The notes under the pieces: model-generated | The model's database searches: none | Seen by the model: the letters and a program-made list of their open reading frames with translations, nothing else | What the model was told of the DNA's origin: nothing | NCBI GenBank assembly: GCA_963722385.1 | Contig: CAVRKK010000001.1 | Coordinates: 224,001-288,000, forward strand | Source of the DNA: an uncultured bacterium | GTDB lineage: Bacteria; Babelota; Babeliae; Babelales; Babelaceae | DNA length: 64,000 bases | Direction: 5' to 3' | Translations under genes and position numbers: made by a program | In this document: positions 59,630 through 64,000 of the stretch, in pieces | Layout: each line of letters begins with the position of its first letter | How positions within the stretch are numbered: the stretch's first letter is position 1

Positions 59630-59968
59630 ATAATCAAGCTGCCAATTGTTTTTGTTTTGTGCTCACGATATTTCTCAAGATACCTTGAGTATACACTCTT
59701 TAGGCAAGTTTACCATAGTCATCGAGTAAGTCCCTCTAGCGAAATATATTACAATCTTCGATGTAAGTATGGAATTTTGTATGAGAAATCAAATTACGAT
59801 GCTATGATGCCCCTCTTACACCTAAACAAAGCACTCTTGCTACTATTGGCTTTACTGTTAAGCGTAAACATGGCAAAGCGATAATGCTCGCTTGATCAGT
59901 TTAACCGCCAGTTTCTTGAGGCATTTTTTTAGAAACCTTTACAGAACTTCGAGGCGGGCGCTTTGCTT

Positions 59969-60355
59969 TCAGTAACTCGCGTTTACCTTTTCTCGCTTAG
60001 GCAGTATTTCTAAATGGATAGAACTCCCTGAAGTACGTTTATTTGCAATAGTAATCTCTGCGGTTTTTTCCCACTCGGCTATCATAACAGGGCTTGCTAA
60101 AATAAAGTGCCCTTCTTTCTCCACCTTAATTACAAGGGCTTCAATTTCAACAGCACTTTCATCCTGCTCACGTATTACGAGATCGAGAAGATACCCATTT
60201 GTTGTAGCAAAGCCAAATCGTTGGCCGTCAATAAACTCAACGCTTTCGTTAATAAGCGTTTTGCCATCAATACCAAAAGTAACAAAGAGGCTGCTGGCTT
60301 GTGAGCCGGCAGACACCAATAATATGCTCGCTAGAATTGACTTAAAAATTTTCAT
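59969..60355 (-). CDS. Small exported beta-rich protein
   Basis: GGAG SD, MKIFKSILASILLVSAGSQA signal peptide. Confidence 0.7.
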   Translation of the reverse strand: MKIFKSILASILLVSAGSQASSLFVTFGIDGKTLINESVEFIDGQRFGFATTNGYLLDLVIREQDESAVEIEALVIKVEKEGHFILASPVMIAEWEKTAEITIANKRTSGSSIHLEILPKREKVNASY

Positions 60356-60606
60356 AATTCTCCAGAGATAAATTAGGCACAACTAGCAAAAACGTACCAA
60401 TTTATTTTAAGCATGTCTACGAAATAATAGGTGAAAAAGTACACCTGCGCATGCATCTTTAAAGAGCCGCATCAAAATCACGATGAAAGCGCTAAAATGG
60501 AGTAAGGCAGCTTAATGTTTTTGGGCAAATAATTTAACTAATTATTCAAACGTCATTTTTAAATTGGCCTAATAACTCTAGCAAGCATGAAGCTTCTATA
60601 AGTGTT

Positions 60607-61953
60607 TTATGATTTAGCTCCTGCTTCTCGTAAAGGCTGGAGGAGCATTGCCATGATTATGGCAAATAGTTCTGGGAAAAGGCGTTGCAACTGAGCAGTA
60701 ATTTGGCTGGCATCAAGACCGAGCACGTTGGGGCTTAGTAGGCGTTCAGCACCTATAGAGTATATGTCGTTAACTAATACTTGTAATTCCTCTTGTTCTT
60801 CAATGGCTTTCAACCGCGCAACAGATTCTTCAGCTGATCTGGGTTGTTGATTGATGATATGCTCTAGAGCGCTTAAGCGACGATTGAGGGAATGCGTGAG
60901 GGCGGTAAGGTTGACCGCTATATTTTCATCAAGAGCAGTACTGAGGAGCCAACGCACTTGGTTGTAGCGACGTTGAGCGAGTGCGTAAGCAAGAGCCCTG
61001 TCGAAAATGCCAGTCCTATCAAAATCTATGTTCTGAGAAACGTCTTTCACAGCATCATACACATTTTGCATCGCTTTGATATTGCCTACAAGGGCAGCTC
61101 GAGCGAAGCCAGCAGGAAGGTTAACTATATGAGTAAAATTACCGAGTATAAAATTGAAAACATTATAATTGCGCTGAGCAATAGCAAGGAAAAATGCTTG
61201 CCGAAGAAGTTGCTTATCTTCCTCACTGAGCTTATGATGGTGAGCTTTTTGTAGTAATTCCTCTAAGAGCCGTAAAGCCTCTTTATTTCTCCTCGCTGTT
61301 ATATAGGAAAGCAGCAATTTTTCATCTGTATAAGCTCTCATTGCAAGAATCAGGCGGGAGCTCGCGGTAGGGGTGAATCCATGTTCAAATAGCCATCGCA
61401 ATACCTCTAAGGGATACGTACCTACTTTTAGATAAGGAAGGTTGAGTTGAGCACCAAGCATCATAAATTGGGCAAGCTCAAGAGGTTGAATTGCGAGTCC
61501 TAAATTAGATTTAATAAAGACAAAAATGGCTGTGTCGCCTAAGTGAAAAGGATGGTTTATTGTAGAAGGGGAAGGGGCATTAATATCAGCACCATAATCT
61601 ACCAACAGTTCGATAAGTTCTAAAGCGTCAGGCATGGTTGCCGCTAAAATAATTGCCGGAAAACTTCCTGTTTCATGAGGTAAGGCACCATGAGCATTAG
61701 CCCGAGCGCCCTTTGCGAGAGCTTCTTTAGTAGTTTCTATGTCATTGGCTAAAATAGCGCTGATCAGCATATGGTCAAGCCTTTGCTGTTCTTCAGACCT
61801 TTCTTCAGAAATTATTACCCAAGAAGCCGGAGAGGCTTTAGGCTCGCCAGGGGCCTCTCCGGAAGGTTGATTATTCTGCTTCTCCATGGTATTGATGCCA
61901 GCGCTTGAGAATATTCCAAAGATAATTAATATAAAAATAGTATAAGTCTTCAT
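60607..61953 (-). CDS. Exported ankyrin-repeat protein with C-terminal F-box-like motif
   Basis: Signal peptide ending INT-MEK, ALAKGARAN, LIELLVDYGADIN, tail LQRLFPELFAIIMAML. Confidence 0.85.
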   Translation of the reverse strand: MKTYTIFILIIFGIFSSAGINTMEKQNNQPSGEAPGEPKASPASWVIISEERSEEQQRLDHMLISAILANDIETTKEALAKGARANAHGALPHETGSFPAIILAATMPDALELIELLVDYGADINAPSPSTINHPFHLGDTAIFVFIKSNLGLAIQPLELAQFMMLGAQLNLPYLKVGTYPLEVLRWLFEHGFTPTASSRLILAMRAYTDEKLLLSYITARRNKEALRLLEELLQKAHHHKLSEEDKQLLRQAFFLAIAQRNYNVFNFILGNFTHIVNLPAGFARAALVGNIKAMQNVYDAVKDVSQNIDFDRTGIFDRALAYALAQRRYNQVRWLLSTALDENIAVNLTALTHSLNRRLSALEHIINQQPRSAEESVARLKAIEEQEELQVLVNDIYSIGAERLLSPNVLGLDASQITAQLQRLFPELFAIIMAMLLQPLREAGAKS

Positions 61954-62098
61954 TATAATGATCCTAATTATTTTATTTATTTTAATAATAATAAATTTTA
62001 AATTAAAAAATCAATATATTTATTACTGAAAATTTTATAAGGTTTTTACCAAGGGGTGCAAAATTTGCACTTCTATAAGTAGTTCATAGGCTATTGTT

Positions 62099-63052
62099 TC
62101 ATTTAGCTTCTGGCTGGCGTCGTAGATGCTGGAGTAAAGGGGCCATGATTATGGCAAGCAGTTCTGGAGGTAGGCGTGGTATCTGAGCAGTAATTTGGCC
62201 GATATCAAGACCGAGCACGTTAGGACTTAATAATCGCTCAGCGCCTACGTTACGTATATCTCTCAAGAGGGCATTTAACTCTTCTCGTTCATAAAGGGGG
62301 TTGCTTATTTCATCCTCATTTTTATAAAAAGGGACTAATTGCTTCAGTCGAGCTTTTATGTCAGTTAATTGTTCATCTAAGGCATTTAATTCATTTTGTT
62401 CGTTTTCAGGCTGACCAGAGGTTTGCAAGCGATTTATGACTTGGGATCGCTGAATCATTAATTCTTCTTTTTGCTCAAATAAGATGGTTAGTTCATCTTG
62501 CTCTTCTTCTGATAGGGGTGAGGTAGCAAAATGATTAATGGCTATATTGTCATTAAAAGCAGTATTGAAAATCCAGCGTATGGCATCCATATGTCGCTGG
62601 GCGAAAGCGTAGGCAATCGCTCTGTCGAAGATATCGTCCCAGTTTACATGAGGTGCATCATGGTAAATAGTTTCCATAGCATGGATATTGCCCACAAGCA
62701 CTGCACGTGCAAACGCTGGAGCAAGGTTAAGTCGATCAGCAAAATGATTGAATATAAAATCGAAAATAACGTCATTCTGCTGTGCAATAGCAAGTAAGAA
62801 TGCTTGCTGAAGAAGCAGTATACCATCTTTGGCAAGCTCATTATTTTCTGCTTTTTGATGCAGCTGCTCGAGAATAGATAATGCGTTTTTAGTCCAAAGA
62901 ACTGATAAAGCTTTTTTCTTATTGGTTACTATATAATTGCGTAGATCGTTGTTCGGATAAACGTTTTGTAATATTAGACTATGTTGGATTAATCCATGCT
63001 CTAACAACCATTGCAGCACCTTGTGGGAATAATTTCTCCAATTTAAAGGAAG
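62099..63052 (-). pseudogene. 5'-truncated paralogue of 60607-61953
   Basis: Homology begins about 175 residues into the paralogue (KVLQWLLEHG vs EVLRWLFEHG) right after the upstream gene's stop; no signal peptide; tail IPRLPPELLAIIMAPL. Confidence 0.75.
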
Positions 63053-63057
63053 GAGAC

Positions 63058-63477
63058 TTACCTCCAGATACCCAAGATTGCACCTGCAGCTAAAAGAGTT
63101 ACTAACATATTACCTATACCTAACCAAAACAAAGTCTTTTGGTTACACCATAATGCATCGCTTAATTTGATTGGTACAACAAACCCGATCCATACTAAGG
63201 AAGCTACCATCAGCCCACCATTAAAAGATACCATCCCCATATTTTTCATAAACACGGCCAATACGTAAACCATAGCCAAAGTGCCGAGGAATTGATAGAT
63301 GTATACCATTCCAAGGGTCTTCTTGAGCTCGGCTATTTGATCTGCGTTCATTGTATCCATGCCAACGGCACACATAAAGTGCTTCCCAAAAAACAGCCCG
63401 TACCATAACGCTCCAATGATCATAGCTACAATAGAAGCAGCTACTACCGGTAGCCAATGTACGCTCATAATCATCAT
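63058..63477 (-). CDS. DUF1761-family membrane protein
   Basis: HWLPVVAASIVAMIIGALWYG.FFGK, WIGFVVP, four TMs. Confidence 0.85.
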   Translation of the reverse strand: MMIMSVHWLPVVAASIVAMIIGALWYGLFFGKHFMCAVGMDTMNADQIAELKKTLGMVYIYQFLGTLAMVYVLAVFMKNMGMVSFNGGLMVASLVWIGFVVPIKLSDALWCNQKTLFWLGIGNMLVTLLAAGAILGIWR

Positions 63478-63677
63478 TACTTCACCTTCTTGCTTTAGTT
63501 GAATCCTAAATACCAATTCATAATCCTTAAAAAGGGTAATCAGATTCTCCTAGGCTGTCAAGACATCCAATGGGTTTTGCATGCTAAGCATAGCAATCAC
63601 AGATTACCGCTATCAATGAGCCGAATGCTTGATTTTTTTTAAATAAATATTATATTTGCTAATAATTTATTAGGAAA

Positions 63678-64000
63678 ATGATGGATAATTATCAAATGAT
63701 CGCTGGCATTGATGATGCAACTAAATGTCCCTGTATAGGGAGCATTTTCCTTGCGGGTGCAGTTGCTGATGAGACCACTATACATTCATGGCAGGAGATT
63801 GGGGTTAAAGATAGCAAGCTTATTGCGCGTAAAAAGAGAGAAGAATTAGCAGGGATCATAAAAGCAACTAGCCGCGCTTATCATGTTGACCAAATAACAC
63901 CTTCCATGATTGACGATAAGAGCTTTAATCTTAACGAGTGGGAGATGCTTATTGTTTTTAGGATAATTGAGGCATTGAGTCTATGTGAGCCTCAGCATAT
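63678..64000 (+). CDS. Ribonuclease HII-like protein (partial, runs off the window)
   Basis: Absent from the ORF track; manual translation MMDNYQMIAGIDDATKCPCIGSIFLAG...GVKDSKLIARKKREELAGII...ITPSMID...NLNEWE. Confidence 0.8.
   Translation, partial: MMDNYQMIAGIDDATKCPCIGSIFLAGAVADETTIHSWQEIGVKDSKLIARKKREELAGIIKATSRAYHVDQITPSMIDDKSFNLNEWEMLIVFRIIEALSLCEPQH

Noticed and set aside
59576..59884. 102-aa plus-strand ORF
   Set aside because: No SD or motif, overlaps the start of the beta-barrel gene, and reads like AT-rich intergenic DNA
1..64000. CRISPR array, rRNA, prophage or integrase
   Set aside because: No regularly spaced repeats, rRNA-like segments, phage structural genes or recombinase ORFs seen

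Overview
Bacterial chromosomal segment (genetic code 11). The abundance of signal-peptide-bearing ankyrin and orphan proteins among compact housekeeping genes suggests an intracellular bacterium of protists, most likely Dependentiae/Babelota (TM6). This is an inference from gene content only. Positions 1-30 kb are mostly core genes: a tightly packed carD-miaA-ppiD-like-recA-infC-rpmI-rplT-zapB-like-zapA-rny run, dnaK, argS, mnmA, a pgsA-family gene, ssb, serS, and secD between tRNA-Leu(GAG) and tRNA-Met(CAT). Positions 30-64 kb are largely accessory, visibly more AT-rich toward the right end, and contain uvrA, pyrG, a BlaI/M56 pair, tandem ankyrin paralogues, several pseudogenes, a group II intron RT remnant and a partial divergent RNase HII. 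Best leads: (1) a shared 'signal peptide followed by Met at +1' signature on about 11 exported orphan/ankyrin proteins, which would give eukaryote-like Met-Glu/Met-Asn/Met-Lys N-termini after cleavage; (2) two families of exported ankyrin proteins ending in an F-box-like LPPEL motif, one in a recombining tandem array; (3) normally cytoplasmic enzyme folds with signal peptides (DOT1-like methyltransferase, phosphomannomutase, HADs, DUF1653); (4) an unassigned GC-rich multibranch structure between the divergent carD and dnaK promoters; (5) a BlaI-type operator pair that points to a small exported orphan as the regulated target; (6) UvrA lacking its insertion domain and RNase HII with an altered DEAGRG motif. 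No CRISPR array or rRNA was seen. All calls are by eye, with no database searches.
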